NCBI GenBank assembly: GCA_963792415.1 | Contig: CAWBVY010000006.1 | Coordinates: 858,327 to 922,326 of the forward strand | DNA length: 64,000 nt | Origin: Candidatus Deferrimicrobiaceae bacterium | GTDB lineage: Bacteria > Desulfobacterota > Deferrimicrobia > Deferrimicrobiales > Deferrimicrobiaceae | Reading direction: 5' to 3' | In this document: in pieces, positions 30,752 to 41,369 of the stretch | How the letters are laid out: every line of letters starts with the position of its first letter | Position numbering within the stretch: the first letter of the stretch is position 1 | Position numbers and translations under genes: made by a program | Notes under the pieces: generated by a model | Database searches by the model: none | Seen by the model: only the letters and a program-made list of their open reading frames with translations | Told to the model about the DNA's origin: nothing

Positions 30752-31821
30752 GGTGCCTCCTCTTCGGCGGGATTCCGGGAGATCATCCGTTTCATGTCGG
30801 AGAAGAGATGACGCCGCAGAAGCCCGTCGGGCGCGAACAGCATGATCAGGATGAGGATGGCGCCGAAGACGGCGTCGTCGTAGGTCCCGAAATACCCGCG
30901 GAGCGACAGGTAGTTCAGCACGAGGCTCATCGACAGGGCGCCCCACAGGTTCGCCATCCCGCCGATCGCGACGATCGCGACGTATCGCACCGACTTCATC
31001 ACCCCCGCCTCGGACGGGCCGATGCCGCCGTTGTAATGGGTGAGAAGAACCCCGGCCACGGCGGCGAACACCGCGCTCAAGACGAACGTATGCAGCTTGT
31101 AGCGGGCCGTCGGGATTCCCATCGCCTCCGCCGCGTCCTCGGCGCCGTGCACCGCCGCGAGGGCCCTTCCGACCCGGGAATCGACCAGGTTCAGCAGGAG
31201 GACCATCCCGAGGATGACCAGCCCCCATGCCAGGTAGTAGTTGGAGATCCGGGAAGAGGCGTTTCCGGTGATCAACACCCCCCCCGGGAGGGGGAACCCG
31301 GGGACTTCGGAGATCCCGTCCGCCGCCCCGAGGAATTCGGTCCCCAGAACGATGCGATAGACGATGATGCCGATCCCGAGGGTCGCCATGGCGAGGTAGT
31401 GGCCCTTCAGCTTCAGGACCGGTCCTCCCACAAGATACGCGACGACCACCGTCAGGAGGATCGCTGCCACGCAGGCCAGCCAGGGATGAACCGTCTGGAG
31501 GCTGCCCCCGTAAATGTCGTGGCGGGCGACCAGCGCCCCCGATCTCTCCAGCAGGGAGACGACGGGCCCCTGCTGGGATTTCAGGTCGAAGGTCGTCAGG
31601 AACGCCGCCACGTACCCGCCGATGGCGAAGAACCCGGCATGGCCGAGCGAGATCTGCCCCGCGTATCCGATGAGCATGCAGAGGCCGACGACGACCAGAG
31701 AATAGTACGCGGTCATGGTCAACTGGGTCAGGTAATACGGGGTGCCTGTAACGAGGGTCGCCAGCTGGATCGCGACGATGAGGCCGGCGAAGGCGGACAC
31801 GGCGAAGTATCTCCGCGCCAT
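30748..31821 (-). CDS. livM: Branched-chain amino-acid-type ABC permease LivM
   Basis: GYAGQISLGHAGFFAIG, LKGHYLAMATL, SRVGRAL. Confidence 0.92.
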   Translation of the reverse strand: MARRYFAVSAFAGLIVAIQLATLVTGTPYYLTQLTMTAYYSLVVVGLCMLIGYAGQISLGHAGFFAIGGYVAAFLTTFDLKSQQGPVVSLLERSGALVARHDIYGGSLQTVHPWLACVAAILLTVVVAYLVGGPVLKLKGHYLAMATLGIGIIVYRIVLGTEFLGAADGISEVPGFPLPGGVLITGNASSRISNYYLAWGLVILGMVLLLNLVDSRVGRALAAVHGAEDAAEAMGIPTARYKLHTFVLSAVFAAVAGVLLTHYNGGIGPSEAGVMKSVRYVAIVAIGGMANLWGALSMSLVLNYLSLRGYFGTYDDAVFGAILILIMLFAPDGLLRRHLFSDMKRMISRNPAEEEAP

Positions 31822-32705
31822 CAGAACTCCTTGAGCCGCGCGGCCTCGGCGCTTCCGAAGATGCCGCTCGGTTTCAGGAACAGGATGGCGAGCAGGATGG
31901 CGATCGAGATCGCCTCCTTGTACGCCGTGGGGAGAACCCAGATGCTGAAGGATTCGAGGATCCCGAGGATCATCCCGGCCCCGACGGCGGCCGTACTGTT
32001 CCCGAGTCCCCCCAGGATGGCGACGGTGAACCCCTTGATGGCAAGCGGCGTCCCGCTGTCGTACTGGACGTAGGTGATCGGGCAGACGACGGCGCCGCCG
32101 ATGGCGCCGATCGCCGCGCTGAGCACGAACGAGAGGGTGACCATGTTCCCCGCGTCGATGCCGCAGAGGCGTGCGGCGTCGCGGTTTGCCGCGCACGCGC
32201 GCATCTGCCGGCCAAGCATCGTCAGGTTGAAGAACGCGGTCAGCGCTGCGACCGCGAGTCCGCCGATGCCGACCACCCAGAGGACCTGCCACGAGATGTA
32301 GACCCCGCCCAGGTTGATGGAGGTCACCGACGAGCCGGTGAAGTAGGGGAGCGCCCGGACGCCTTCCCCCCAGATGTGCAACGCGATCTCGCGGATCAGG
32401 ATCGAGACGCCGATGGTGATGATGACCATCCGCAGCACCGAAGGCTTGTGAAGCCAGCGGATGAAGACGATCTCGATGACGGCGCCGACGATCATCGTCA
32501 GGACGACCGCGAGAAGGATCGCCAGCGGCATCGGCACGAACTGGTGCAGCGTGACGGCGGTCATCCCGCCGAGCATCACGAACTCTCCCTGCGCGAAGTT
32601 GATGATCCCCGTCGCGTTGTAGATGATGTTGAACCCGATGGCGACGATCGCGTAGATCGTGCCGTACGTGATCCCCGCGACCAGATATTGAAAGAAGAAT
32701 TCCAG
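31821..32705 (-). CDS. livH: Branched-chain amino-acid-type ABC permease LivH (probable CTG start)
   Basis: Frame extends upstream of the ORF-track start as EFFFQYLVAGITYGTIYAIVAIGFNIIYNATGIINFAQGEF to a CTG 7 nt after an AAAGGA SD. Confidence 0.9.
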   Translation of the reverse strand: MEFFFQYLVAGITYGTIYAIVAIGFNIIYNATGIINFAQGEFVMLGGMTAVTLHQFVPMPLAILLAVVLTMIVGAVIEIVFIRWLHKPSVLRMVIITIGVSILIREIALHIWGEGVRALPYFTGSSVTSINLGGVYISWQVLWVVGIGGLAVAALTAFFNLTMLGRQMRACAANRDAARLCGIDAGNMVTLSFVLSAAIGAIGGAVVCPITYVQYDSGTPLAIKGFTVAILGGLGNSTAAVGAGMILGILESFSIWVLPTAYKEAISIAILLAILFLKPSGIFGSAEAARLKEF

Positions 32706-32793
32706 GTCCGCATCCTTTCATCAAACGATCGGGAGCACGCGCGCGACGCGCGTACTCCCGATCGCGACCCCCGGGATTTCCGACGGTTCCCGC

Positions 32794-33942
32794 TTAATAG
32801 ATGGCGAACTTCCCGTTCTTCACCGTCAGCATCTCGAAGGCGTCGACGTTGAGGCCGTTGTGGTCCGTCGGCGAGAAGTTGAAGATGCCGCCGGTGCCGA
32901 CGAAGCCCTTGAGGTTCTCGATGGCGGTCCGGACCGCCTCCTTGTCCGTCGACTTCGCATTCTCGATCGCCTTGATCAGGATGGTGTAGGCGTCGTAGGC
33001 GTGGCCGCCGAAGGTGCTGCACTCCTCCCCCGAGCAGAAGGACATGTAGTTCTTCTTGTACTGGAGAAGCACCTCCCTCTGGGGGTTGCTCTTCGGCAGC
33101 ATGTCGGCGACAAGAAGCCGGCCGGCCGGGAACAGGACCCCTTCCGCCGCCGCGCCGGCGGCATCGACGTACTTGATGTTCCCGAACCCGTGGCTCTGGA
33201 AGATGGGGATCGTGAGGCCGATCTGGCGCGCGTTCTTGATCACGATCGCCTGCGCCGGCACGATCGACCAGTTGATGATCGCCTGGACGTTGGCGGCCTT
33301 GATCTTGGTCACCTCGGCCGTCAGGTCGCTCGCCTTGGCGTCGTACACCTCGTTTGCGGCGATCGTGATCCCGTACTCCGGCGCGAGCTTCTCGATCTGC
33401 CCCTTCCCCGCGTTCCCGAAGCCGGTGTTGCCGGAAAGGACGCCGATCCTGGAGATCTTCATCTTCTTCATCTGCTGGAAGATCTTGATGACCGCGTCAC
33501 TGTCCTTCTGGGGGGTCTTGAACACCCACTTCGCGACGGGGTTGACGATCGCCTCTGCCGCGGCGCACGACAGGAGGATGGTCTTCCCCTCCTCGGCGAC
33601 GGCCTTGATCTTCATCGTCTCGCCGCTCGTCGAGGGACCGATGATGGCGAACACCTTGTCTTCGTCGATCAACTGCTTGGCGAAGGAGAAGGCCTTCTCC
33701 GGGTTGCCGCCGGAATCCTTGATGATCACCTCGACCTTGCGTCCAAGGACACCTCCCTTGCCGTTCGTGTCCTGGACGAGCATCTCGAGGGTCCTCGCCT
33801 CGGGGCCCCCCAGGAACGATGCCGGGCCGGTCACCGACAGGATCGCGCCGATCTTGATCGGCTCCGCCGCCTGGGCGAAAGCCCCCGAGAGAAAGACCGC
33901 CAGCAGGACCCCCAATACCACCATCCCTTTCTTTCCCTTCAT
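32794..33942 (-). CDS. ABC substrate-binding protein, LivJ/LivK family
   Basis: Signal peptide, IKIGAILSVTGPASFLG, IGPSTSG, FGGHAYDA; GGAA/AGGA-rich SD. Confidence 0.93.
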   Translation of the reverse strand: MKGKKGMVVLGVLLAVFLSGAFAQAAEPIKIGAILSVTGPASFLGGPEARTLEMLVQDTNGKGGVLGRKVEVIIKDSGGNPEKAFSFAKQLIDEDKVFAIIGPSTSGETMKIKAVAEEGKTILLSCAAAEAIVNPVAKWVFKTPQKDSDAVIKIFQQMKKMKISRIGVLSGNTGFGNAGKGQIEKLAPEYGITIAANEVYDAKASDLTAEVTKIKAANVQAIINWSIVPAQAIVIKNARQIGLTIPIFQSHGFGNIKYVDAAGAAAEGVLFPAGRLLVADMLPKSNPQREVLLQYKKNYMSFCSGEECSTFGGHAYDAYTILIKAIENAKSTDKEAVRTAIENLKGFVGTGGIFNFSPTDHNGLNVDAFEMLTVKNGKFAIY

Positions 33943-34161
33943 TTTCCTCTCCTTTCGTTCGTTGGGAATTCGATGTTGCCTGTTCCGTTCGACAACGCAA
34001 AAACAGCCGAAGATGCTGGGCGATTCAATTGAAAAAACAGGTAATTCCAGTCGTTTTTCCATACTGCCCCGACAGGAGAACCGGAGGGGCCATACGACGT
34101 TGAGCGATGAAACAGACATAATACACACAACAACACCGTAATGCATTTTGTTCGTCAGGAA

Positions 34162-34190
34162 ATTATCGACACACTGTTTTACAATAACAA
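34162..34190 (-). promoter_or_regulatory. Candidate sigma70 promoter for the liv-paaK operon
   Basis: Minus strand TTGTTA-17 nt-GATAAT within an AT-rich intergenic region. Confidence 0.35.
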
Positions 34191-34264
34191 GCCAATATCT
34201 CCGCACCCGGACGAATCCTATCTTAATTCGGGTGCCCCGCTAATACCATGTTATCTTTTCCCCC

Positions 34265-35527
34265 ATGCGAAATTTCCCTCTCGGCAGGCCGACCTTCCAC
34301 TACGGATGGGTGATCGTCTTCGCGGGGATGCTCTGCATCCTCGCCTGCCTCGGTTTCGGCCGCTTCGCCCTCGGGATGCTCCTCCCCTCGATGGCCACGA
34401 CACTTCACCTCTCGTACTCCCAGATGGGGTTCATCAGCACGGCCAATTTCCTCGGGTACCTCGCCTCGGTTCTCGTCAGCGCCCACTGGGCGGGCCGGAT
34501 CGGGTCGCGCAGGCTCATCTTCCTCGCACTGCTGACGGTCGCCGTCTCCATGGCGCTGGTGAGCAGGGCGACCGGCTTCCTGTCGGTCCTCCTCCTCTAC
34601 ATGATCACCGGCATCGGGAGCGGCGCCACCAACGTCCCGGTGATGGGCCTGGTCGCCGCCTGGTTTTCGAGCGGCAGGCGGGGGCGGGCCGCCGGCTTCA
34701 TCGTGATCGGATCCGGGTTCGCCATCATGATCGCAGGCCGCCTGATCCCGTTCCTCAACCGGTGGATCGGCCCCGAGGGGTGGCGGACCAGCTGGCGCAC
34801 CCTCGCCGGCCTCGTGGTGCTGATCGCCTTCGTCGCCTTCGGCCTGCTCCGGGACGGCCCCGAGGAGAAGGGCCTTGCCCCCGTCGGCGCCGACGAAACC
34901 GCTGCCCCCGTCGACCCCGGCCCCGGGAATGCCGAGATGAACATCTACCGGAAGGGGATCATCTACTATCTCGGCGCGATCTACTTCCTGTTCGGCTACA
35001 CCTACGTGATCTACGCCACCTTCATCGTCACGACCCTGGTCCGGGAGAGGGGGTTCTCGGAGAGCCTGGCGGGCAATTTCTGGATGTGGGTCGGGTTCCT
35101 GAGCCTGTTCTCGGGGCCCGTCTTCGGAACGCTGTCGGACCGGATCGGCCGGAAGGCGGGGCTGATGATCGTCTTTTCCCTGCAGGCGGTCTCCTACCTT
35201 CTCATCGCCACGAGGCTGCCCGGCATCTTCCTTTACCTGTCCATCGCTTTTTTCGGCCTGGTGGCGTGGAGCATCCCCTCGATCATGGCGGCGGCCATCG
35301 GCGATTACGTCGGTCCGAAGAAGGCCGCCGCCGCCATCGGCTTCGTCACGTTCATCTTCGGGTTCGGGCAGATTTCCGGTCCCGCCGTCGCCGGTGTGCT
35401 TGCGGAACGGACCGGGTCCTTTTCCAGCTCCTTCTACATGGCCGCCGCGTTCGCCGGCGCAGCGATCGTGCTGGCCGCATTCCTCCGGAAGCCGGAAACG
35501 GATCCGGCCGGGGATCAGAGGGCGTAG
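34265..35527 (+). CDS. MFS transporter (YbfB/YjiJ-like)
   Basis: [27 protein letters not shown]; about 12 TM segments. Confidence 0.9.
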   Translation: MRNFPLGRPTFHYGWVIVFAGMLCILACLGFGRFALGMLLPSMATTLHLSYSQMGFISTANFLGYLASVLVSAHWAGRIGSRRLIFLALLTVAVSMALVSRATGFLSVLLLYMITGIGSGATNVPVMGLVAAWFSSGRRGRAAGFIVIGSGFAIMIAGRLIPFLNRWIGPEGWRTSWRTLAGLVVLIAFVAFGLLRDGPEEKGLAPVGADETAAPVDPGPGNAEMNIYRKGIIYYLGAIYFLFGYTYVIYATFIVTTLVRERGFSESLAGNFWMWVGFLSLFSGPVFGTLSDRIGRKAGLMIVFSLQAVSYLLIATRLPGIFLYLSIAFFGLVAWSIPSIMAAAIGDYVGPKKAAAAIGFVTFIFGFGQISGPAVAGVLAERTGSFSSSFYMAAAFAGAAIVLAAFLRKPETDPAGDQRA

Positions 35528-35946
35528 ACTTCCTCCGCCCGAAGCACCCGGACCGACGCATCCAGAAGGACCCGGGTCGCCTTGTCCAGCTCGTCGAACC
35601 GGAAGATGATGATCGCGTTGTCCCCCGACCGCTGGACGAAGGCGTACATGTACTCCACGTTGATCCCGGCCTTGTCGAGCGTCGACAGGATTCCGGCCAG
35701 CCCCCCGGGGGAGTCCGGAACCTCGAGAGCGACCACCTCGGTCTTGGCCACCGTGAACCCGCTCTCCTTGAGGATCTGCTTGGCCCGGTCCGTGCTGTTC
35801 ACGATGAGACGCAGAATCCCGAAGTCCGCAGTGTCGGCCAGCGACAGGGCGCGGATATTGACCCCCGCCTTCGCCAGCACTTCCGTGACCTCCGCGAGCC
35901 GCCCCGATTTGTTCTCGAGGAATATCGAAATCTGCTCCACTTTCAT
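35515..35946 (-). CDS. Tandem ACT-domain protein (paaK-associated)
   Basis: [42 protein letters not shown]. Confidence 0.92.
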   Translation of the reverse strand: MKVEQISIFLENKSGRLAEVTEVLAKAGVNIRALSLADTADFGILRLIVNSTDRAKQILKESGFTVAKTEVVALEVPDSPGGLAGILSTLDKAGINVEYMYAFVQRSGDNAIIIFRFDELDKATRVLLDASVRVLRAEEVYAL

Positions 35947-36014
35947 CCCGAGCCCTCCTTGCGAAGATGTCTTCCGCGGCGCTACCCCCGAAGCGACGGC
36001 GGTCCCGTGCCGGA

Positions 36015-37316
36015 TCAGAGCTTGCGCTGGTCGATGACGCGTTTCGCCTTCCCCTCGCTACGCTGGATCGTCTTGGGCTCCACGAGCTTGACCTTGCAGG
36101 AGACGCCGAGCAGGTCCTTGATGTCGTGCTCGACCCGGCGGGCGAGTCCCTCGAGCCCCTTCACCTCGTCCGAGAAGATCGCCTCGTTCACCTCGACCTG
36201 GACTTCGAGGACGTCCAGCGACCCCTCGCGGGTGACGATCAGCTGGTAGTGCGGCTCCACGCCTTCCACGGCGATCAGCACGGACTCGATCTGGGACGGG
36301 AAGACGTTGACCCCCCGGATGATGAGCATGTCGTCCGTGCGTCCCGAGATCCGCTCCATCCGCACGTGCGTGCGGCCGCAGGAGCACGGGGCCAGGGAGA
36401 GGCGGGAGATGTCCCGCGTCCGGTACCGGACGACGGGGAACGCCTCCTTCGTCACCGTGGTGAAGACGAGTTCGCCGATCTCGCCGTACGGAAGGGATTC
36501 TCCCGTCGCGGGATCGATGATCTCCGGAAGGAAATGGTCCTCGAAGACGTGCAGGCCGTGCTTCTCCTCCAGGCACTCCGACGCCACGCCGGGACCGATC
36601 ACCTCGGAGAGTCCGTAGATGTCGAGAGCGTCGATCTGCAGCACCTTCTCGATCTCCTTGCGCATCGCCTCGCTCCAAGGCTCGGCGCCGAAGAGGCCGC
36701 AGGCAAGCTTGAGGGTTGCGGGGTCCACTCCCTCCTCCGCCATTACCTCCGCCAGGTTCAGCGCATAGGACGGGGTGGAGAGCAGGATCGTCGACCCGAA
36801 GTCCTGCATCAGCATGATCTGGCGCTTGCTGTTCCCCCCGGACACGGGGATGACCGCCGCGCCGATCTTTTCCGCGCCGTAATGGGCGCCCAGGCCTCCC
36901 GTGAATAGTCCGTACCCGTACGCATTATGGACCACATCCCCTTTCGTGGTGCCCCCGCAGGAGAGCGTCCGGGCCATCAGCTCGGCCCACGTGCCGATGT
37001 CCCGCTTCGTGTATCCGACCACGACGGGCTTTCCGGTGGTGCCCGAGGAGGCGTGGATCCGCACCACCCTCTCCATCGGCACGGCGAACAGCCCGAACGG
37101 GTAGGTGTCCCTCAGGTCCGTCTTCGTGGTGAACGGAAGGCGGGACAGGTCCGACAGGGACCGGAGGTCCCCCGGCCGATACCCCTGCTCCTCGAACTTC
37201 CCCCGGTAGAACGGCACCGTCTTGTAGACCCGGTCCACCAGCTTGCGAAGCCGCTCGAGCTGGAGCGCCTCGAGCGCCTCCCGCGGAAGGGTTTCGAACT
37301 CCTCGTTCCAGATCAT
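36015..37316 (-). CDS. paaK: Phenylacetate-CoA ligase (copy 2)
   Basis: [47 protein letters not shown]. Confidence 0.94.
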   Translation of the reverse strand: MIWNEEFETLPREALEALQLERLRKLVDRVYKTVPFYRGKFEEQGYRPGDLRSLSDLSRLPFTTKTDLRDTYPFGLFAVPMERVVRIHASSGTTGKPVVVGYTKRDIGTWAELMARTLSCGGTTKGDVVHNAYGYGLFTGGLGAHYGAEKIGAAVIPVSGGNSKRQIMLMQDFGSTILLSTPSYALNLAEVMAEEGVDPATLKLACGLFGAEPWSEAMRKEIEKVLQIDALDIYGLSEVIGPGVASECLEEKHGLHVFEDHFLPEIIDPATGESLPYGEIGELVFTTVTKEAFPVVRYRTRDISRLSLAPCSCGRTHVRMERISGRTDDMLIIRGVNVFPSQIESVLIAVEGVEPHYQLIVTREGSLDVLEVQVEVNEAIFSDEVKGLEGLARRVEHDIKDLLGVSCKVKLVEPKTIQRSEGKAKRVIDQRKL

Positions 37317-37945
37317 CGGTCTCCCCCTCGTACCGTGTATGTGTTGGTGCGGAGCTCCGACGGCGACAGCAGCGACCGCCCCATGCGGAAGGCGGCGACG
37401 TTCACCGCGACGATCCGCTCCGGCAGACTCCCCTTCAGGGCCTTTTCGTACGCCTCTTCCGGGAGCGGGAGAAAGTGGGAGGCCGCGCCGACCATCACCA
37501 TGTTCACCGCGCGGACCTCGCGCAGCGACAGCGCCGCCGTCAGGGCGTCCACCAGGTGGAGCCGGTCCGTCACCGCGGCAAGGCGCTCCGTAACGTCCGC
37601 GGGGTACCTTTCCTGCCCGGTCGCCACCGACGGCGGGGAGATCTCCTGGGCGTTCACCACCATCGCGCCGCCGGGCCGCAGGTAGTGGGCGAACCGGAGC
37701 GCCTCGATCTTCTCGAAGGCGACCAGCAGATCGGCCTTCCCCGGCTCGATGAGCGGCGAGAAGACCTTCGGGCCGAAGCGGAGGTGGGTCGTGACCGACC
37801 CCCCGCGCTGCGCCATCCCGTGGACCTCGCTTTTCTTCACGTCGAACCCGGACAGGAGGAAGGCGTCGCACAAAACCTCGGAGGCGAGCAGGGTCCCCTG
37901 CCCCCCGACGCCGGCGAGGAATACGTCGCCCTTCGGGACGCTCAT
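37313..37945 (-). CDS. iorB: Indolepyruvate:ferredoxin oxidoreductase beta subunit
   Basis: [31 protein letters not shown]. Confidence 0.93.
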   Translation of the reverse strand: MSVPKGDVFLAGVGGQGTLLASEVLCDAFLLSGFDVKKSEVHGMAQRGGSVTTHLRFGPKVFSPLIEPGKADLLVAFEKIEALRFAHYLRPGGAMVVNAQEISPPSVATGQERYPADVTERLAAVTDRLHLVDALTAALSLREVRAVNMVMVGAASHFLPLPEEAYEKALKGSLPERIVAVNVAAFRMGRSLLSPSELRTNTYTVRGGDR

Positions 37946-39753
37946 GATTTTTTCTCCAGGATCGCCTGGAACTTGCACAGCGGCGGGCACTGGTTGCACC
38001 CGTCGCACAGCAGCGGGCTGATCCGCGCCATCCCCTTCTGCGTCGCCTTCTTCCCCGCGGCGACCGCCTCTTCGGGGGTGAAGGGGACCCACGCGATCGC
38101 CGGGCACCCGAGCCGGGAGCACGCCTTGCACCCCGTGCACAGATCCGCGACCACCTCGTACACCGGGCGCTTCTTCCGGCGATGGTCCGGAAGCAGGGCG
38201 CACGGCGCCTTGGTGATGATCACCGACGGCTCGGGGCGCGCCACTTCGCGCCGCAGCACCGCCTCCGTCTGCTTCATGTCGTGCGGGTTCACCGTGTAGA
38301 CGTGCTCCACGCCGAGCGCGCGGCAAAGCGCCGGAAGGTCCGTCCGCCGGGTCGGCTCCCCTTGGAGCGTCTTCCCCGTGGCCGGGTTCTCCTGCGCGCC
38401 CGTCATCGCGGTGATGTCGTTGTCGAGGAGGATCACCGTGGAAACGCCGCGGTTGTAGACGACGTTCATGAGGCCGGTGACGCCGGAGTGGAGGAACGTG
38501 GAGTCGCCGATGACGGCGACGACCTTTCCGGCGCCGTCCTGCCCCAGCGCCTTCTCCATGCCGTGGGCGTTCCCGATCGAGGCGCCCATGCAGACGCAGG
38601 TGTCCATCGCACCCAGCGGCGGCAAGGCGGCCAGGGTGTAGCAGCCGATGTCCCCCGTCACCGTCACCTGGAGCTTCTTCAGCGCGAAGAAGAGCCCCCG
38701 GTGGGGGCACCCGGGGCAAAGGTTCGGCGGGCGGGAGGGAACCGGCTCGGGAGCGCGCACGGGGATCTCCTCCCCGGTGATCGCCTGCCGGACGATTCGC
38801 GGGTCGAGCTCCCCGACGATCGGGATCCGATCCTTCCCCTGGGTGCGGATCCCCAGGGATTTCACGTGCGTCTCGAGGTACGGGTCGAGCTCCTCGACCA
38901 CCACGATGCGGGTGACACCGGCGGAGAATTCCCTGAAGAGCCGCACGGGAAGCGGCCACGCGAGGCCGATCTTCAGGACCGACGCGTCGGGGAACGCCTC
39001 CTTCACGTACTGGTAGGAGACGCCCGAGGTGATGACGCCCAGCGAGCGGTCCCCCCACTCGATCCGGTTCCCGTCCCACGACTCGGCGAACTCCCGCAGC
39101 GCCTTCGTCCGCTCCTCGACGACGACGTGGCGGAGCCTCCCGTTCACCGGGAGCATCACCCACTTCGCGGGATCGCGCACGAACCCCGGCGCGAAGGGCG
39201 CGGCCGCCGGCTCCTGAAAGCGGACGACTCCCTTGGCGTGGGAGATCCGGGTGGTCGTGCGCAGGAAGACGGGGGTGTCGTACTTCTCGGAGAGCTCGAA
39301 CCCCAGACGCGTGAACTCCTTCGCCTCGGACGAGTCCGACGGCTCCAGCATGGGGATCTTCGCCGCCACCGCGTAATGGCGGTTATCCTGCTCGTTCTGC
39401 GAGGAGTGCAGCTCCGGGTCGTCCGCGGTGACGATGACCAGCCCTCCCCGCACCCCGGTGTAGGAGGCGGTGAAGATCGGGTCGGCCGCCACGTTGACGC
39501 CGACGTGCTTCATCGCCGCCAGGGCGCGCACGCCGCCCATCGAGGCGCCGATCGCGACCTCGACGGCCACCTTCTCGTTCGGGGCCCACTCCGCATAGAC
39601 TCCGTCGTACCGCGCGAAGGTCTCGAGGATCTCCGTGCTGGGGGTGCCGGGGTATGCGGATGCCACGCGGACCCCCGCCTCGAACGCCCCCCGGGCGATC
39701 GCCTCGTTCCCGGAAAGGAGCCGGATGCCTTCTTCGGGTGCCGGAATGGACAC
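37942..39753 (-). CDS. iorA: Indolepyruvate:ferredoxin oxidoreductase alpha subunit
   Basis: [50 protein letters not shown], two ferredoxin motifs; GTG 39753 with GGAG SD. Confidence 0.95.
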   Translation of the reverse strand: MSIPAPEEGIRLLSGNEAIARGAFEAGVRVASAYPGTPSTEILETFARYDGVYAEWAPNEKVAVEVAIGASMGGVRALAAMKHVGVNVAADPIFTASYTGVRGGLVIVTADDPELHSSQNEQDNRHYAVAAKIPMLEPSDSSEAKEFTRLGFELSEKYDTPVFLRTTTRISHAKGVVRFQEPAAAPFAPGFVRDPAKWVMLPVNGRLRHVVVEERTKALREFAESWDGNRIEWGDRSLGVITSGVSYQYVKEAFPDASVLKIGLAWPLPVRLFREFSAGVTRIVVVEELDPYLETHVKSLGIRTQGKDRIPIVGELDPRIVRQAITGEEIPVRAPEPVPSRPPNLCPGCPHRGLFFALKKLQVTVTGDIGCYTLAALPPLGAMDTCVCMGASIGNAHGMEKALGQDGAGKVVAVIGDSTFLHSGVTGLMNVVYNRGVSTVILLDNDITAMTGAQENPATGKTLQGEPTRRTDLPALCRALGVEHVYTVNPHDMKQTEAVLRREVARPEPSVIITKAPCALLPDHRRKKRPVYEVVADLCTGCKACSRLGCPAIAWVPFTPEEAVAAGKKATQKGMARISPLLCDGCNQCPPLCKFQAILEKKS

Positions 39754-39875
39754 GGTTTCTCCTGCAGGATCGCCGGAATGCAAAGTATTTACGCTAACAT
39801 ATCGGAGGGCCCCTTTCAATTCCCGGAGGCGGTTTCTGCTATACTGATTCAAAAATTCGCAACGGGGGAACGGCG

Positions 39876-40916
39876 ATGAAAATCGGGGTCTTGACGGGCG
39901 GGGGGGATTGTCCGGGCCTGAACGCGGTGATCCGGGCGGTGGTCCGGAAATCCGACACGCTCAGTTCCCGGGTGGTCGGGCTGCGCAACGGGTGGAAGGG
40001 GCTGCTCGACCCCTCGCCGATGGACCTGGACGGCAAGATGGTCTCCGGGATCCTCCACGTCGGCGGGACGATCATCGGAACCTCCCGCACCAACCCGTTC
40101 AAGGACGCCGGGGGGCCGGAGAAGGCGCTGAAGAATCTCCGGATCCTCGGGCTGGACGCCCTGATCGCCGTCGGCGGCGAGGACACCCTCGGGGCGGCGG
40201 CGAAGCTGTACGAAATGGGGCTCCCCGTGGTCGGCGTCCCCAAGACGATCGACAACGACCTTTCCGGGACCGATTTCACCTTCGGCTTCGACACGGCGGT
40301 CTCCACGGCCACCGACGCCATCGACCGGATCCACACGACGGCGGAGTCGCACAACCGCGTCATGGTGGTCGAGGTGATGGGGCGGCACGCCGGATGGATC
40401 GCGACGTTCTCGGGGATCGCCGGCGGCGCCGACGTGATCCTCGTCCCCGAGATCCCGATCGACCTCGACGAGGTGTGCGACCTGATCCTGCGGCGGCACA
40501 GCCGCGGGAAGTCGTTCTCCATCGTCGTGGTCGCGGAAGGGGCGCAGTTCGGGGATAAGGCGGGCGCCAACGGGGAACTCGTCCTCCAGGAGGCGCAGAA
40601 GGACGAGTTCGGCCACGTCCGGCTCGGCGGGATCTCCCAGGTCCTCGCGAGGGCGATCGAGAGGCGGACGAAGTTCGAGGCGCGCTACGTGGTGCTCGGC
40701 CACATCCAGCGGGGCGGCTCTCCGACCGCGCACGATCGCGTCCTCGCCACCCGCTTCGGCGTCTACGCCACCGAGATGGTCCACCGCGGCGAGTTCGGGA
40801 AGATGGCCGCGCTGCAGGGGAACCAGATCGTCGCCGTCTCCCTGGCCGAGGCCACTACGACGCTCAAGACCGTCGACATGGACATCTACGGCATCGCCAA
40901 GGAGTTCTTCGGCTAG
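39876..40916 (+). CDS. pfkA: 6-phosphofructokinase, probably PPi-dependent
   Basis: TGGGDCPGLN, GGEDT, PKTIDND, EVMGRHAGWIA, LGHIQRGG. Confidence 0.93.
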   Translation: MKIGVLTGGGDCPGLNAVIRAVVRKSDTLSSRVVGLRNGWKGLLDPSPMDLDGKMVSGILHVGGTIIGTSRTNPFKDAGGPEKALKNLRILGLDALIAVGGEDTLGAAAKLYEMGLPVVGVPKTIDNDLSGTDFTFGFDTAVSTATDAIDRIHTTAESHNRVMVVEVMGRHAGWIATFSGIAGGADVILVPEIPIDLDEVCDLILRRHSRGKSFSIVVVAEGAQFGDKAGANGELVLQEAQKDEFGHVRLGGISQVLARAIERRTKFEARYVVLGHIQRGGSPTAHDRVLATRFGVYATEMVHRGEFGKMAALQGNQIVAVSLAEATTTLKTVDMDIYGIAKEFFG

Positions 40917-40920
40917 TCCA

Positions 40921-40964
40921 CCCGAAGGTCACCAAACCTCCCGGGGGACGTGGTGACCTTCGGG
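40921..40964. terminator. Inverted repeat between convergent pfk and yraN
   Basis: CCCGAAGGTCACCA...TGGTGACCTTCGGG 14-bp perfect stem, 16-nt loop. Confidence 0.55.
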
Positions 40965-40979
40965 CTCTTCAAGCTTCCC

Positions 40980-41369
40980 TCAGAGAATCTTTCCCTTCGC
41001 GTCGAACGCCGCAGGGTAATGCCGAAGCTCCGCGGCGTCGCCGCTTCCCTCGATCGCGATCACGTCGAACCGGGCCTCGCGCCACGAGGAGGGCGGCACC
41101 CTGGAAAGATACTGCCGCGCGGCGCCGACGATCCGGCGCCGCTTGGCGGGAGTGACCGACTCCTCGGGCGTCCCGAAGTCGGGGACCTCGAGCGAGCGGA
41201 CCTCGACGAAGACGAGCACATCCCCCTTGCGGGCGACGATGTCGATCTCTCCGCCCTTCGTCCGGTAGTTCCTCTCGACGATCGTGAACCCCGACCGATC
41301 GAGGTGGCGGCACGCCCGCTCCTCCGCCGCGTCCCCCTGCGCCCGGCGCGCTTCCGGTGGAAGGGTCAG
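40980..41369 (-). CDS. yraN: YraN family (UPF0102) putative endonuclease; probable CTG start
   Basis: GDAAEERA, ERNYR, GEIDIVA, LVFVEVRS, RFDVIAI; CTG overlaps the rnhB TGA. Confidence 0.88.
   Translation of the reverse strand: MTLPPEARRAQGDAAEERACRHLDRSGFTIVERNYRTKGGEIDIVARKGDVLVFVEVRSLEVPDFGTPEESVTPAKRRRIVGAARQYLSRVPPSSWREARFDVIAIEGSGDAAELRHYPAAFDAKGKIL

Noticed and set aside
32706-32713. ATG near the livH SD suggesting a frameshifted pseudogene
   Set aside because: The ATG overlaps the SD and is out of frame. CTG has ideal spacing and gives a normal LivH N-terminus. A read-level error is not excluded.
33943-34264. AT-rich leader of the liv operon as a riboswitch or T-box
   Set aside because: No recognisable aptamer consensus or terminator; more consistent with divergent promoters and operator sites
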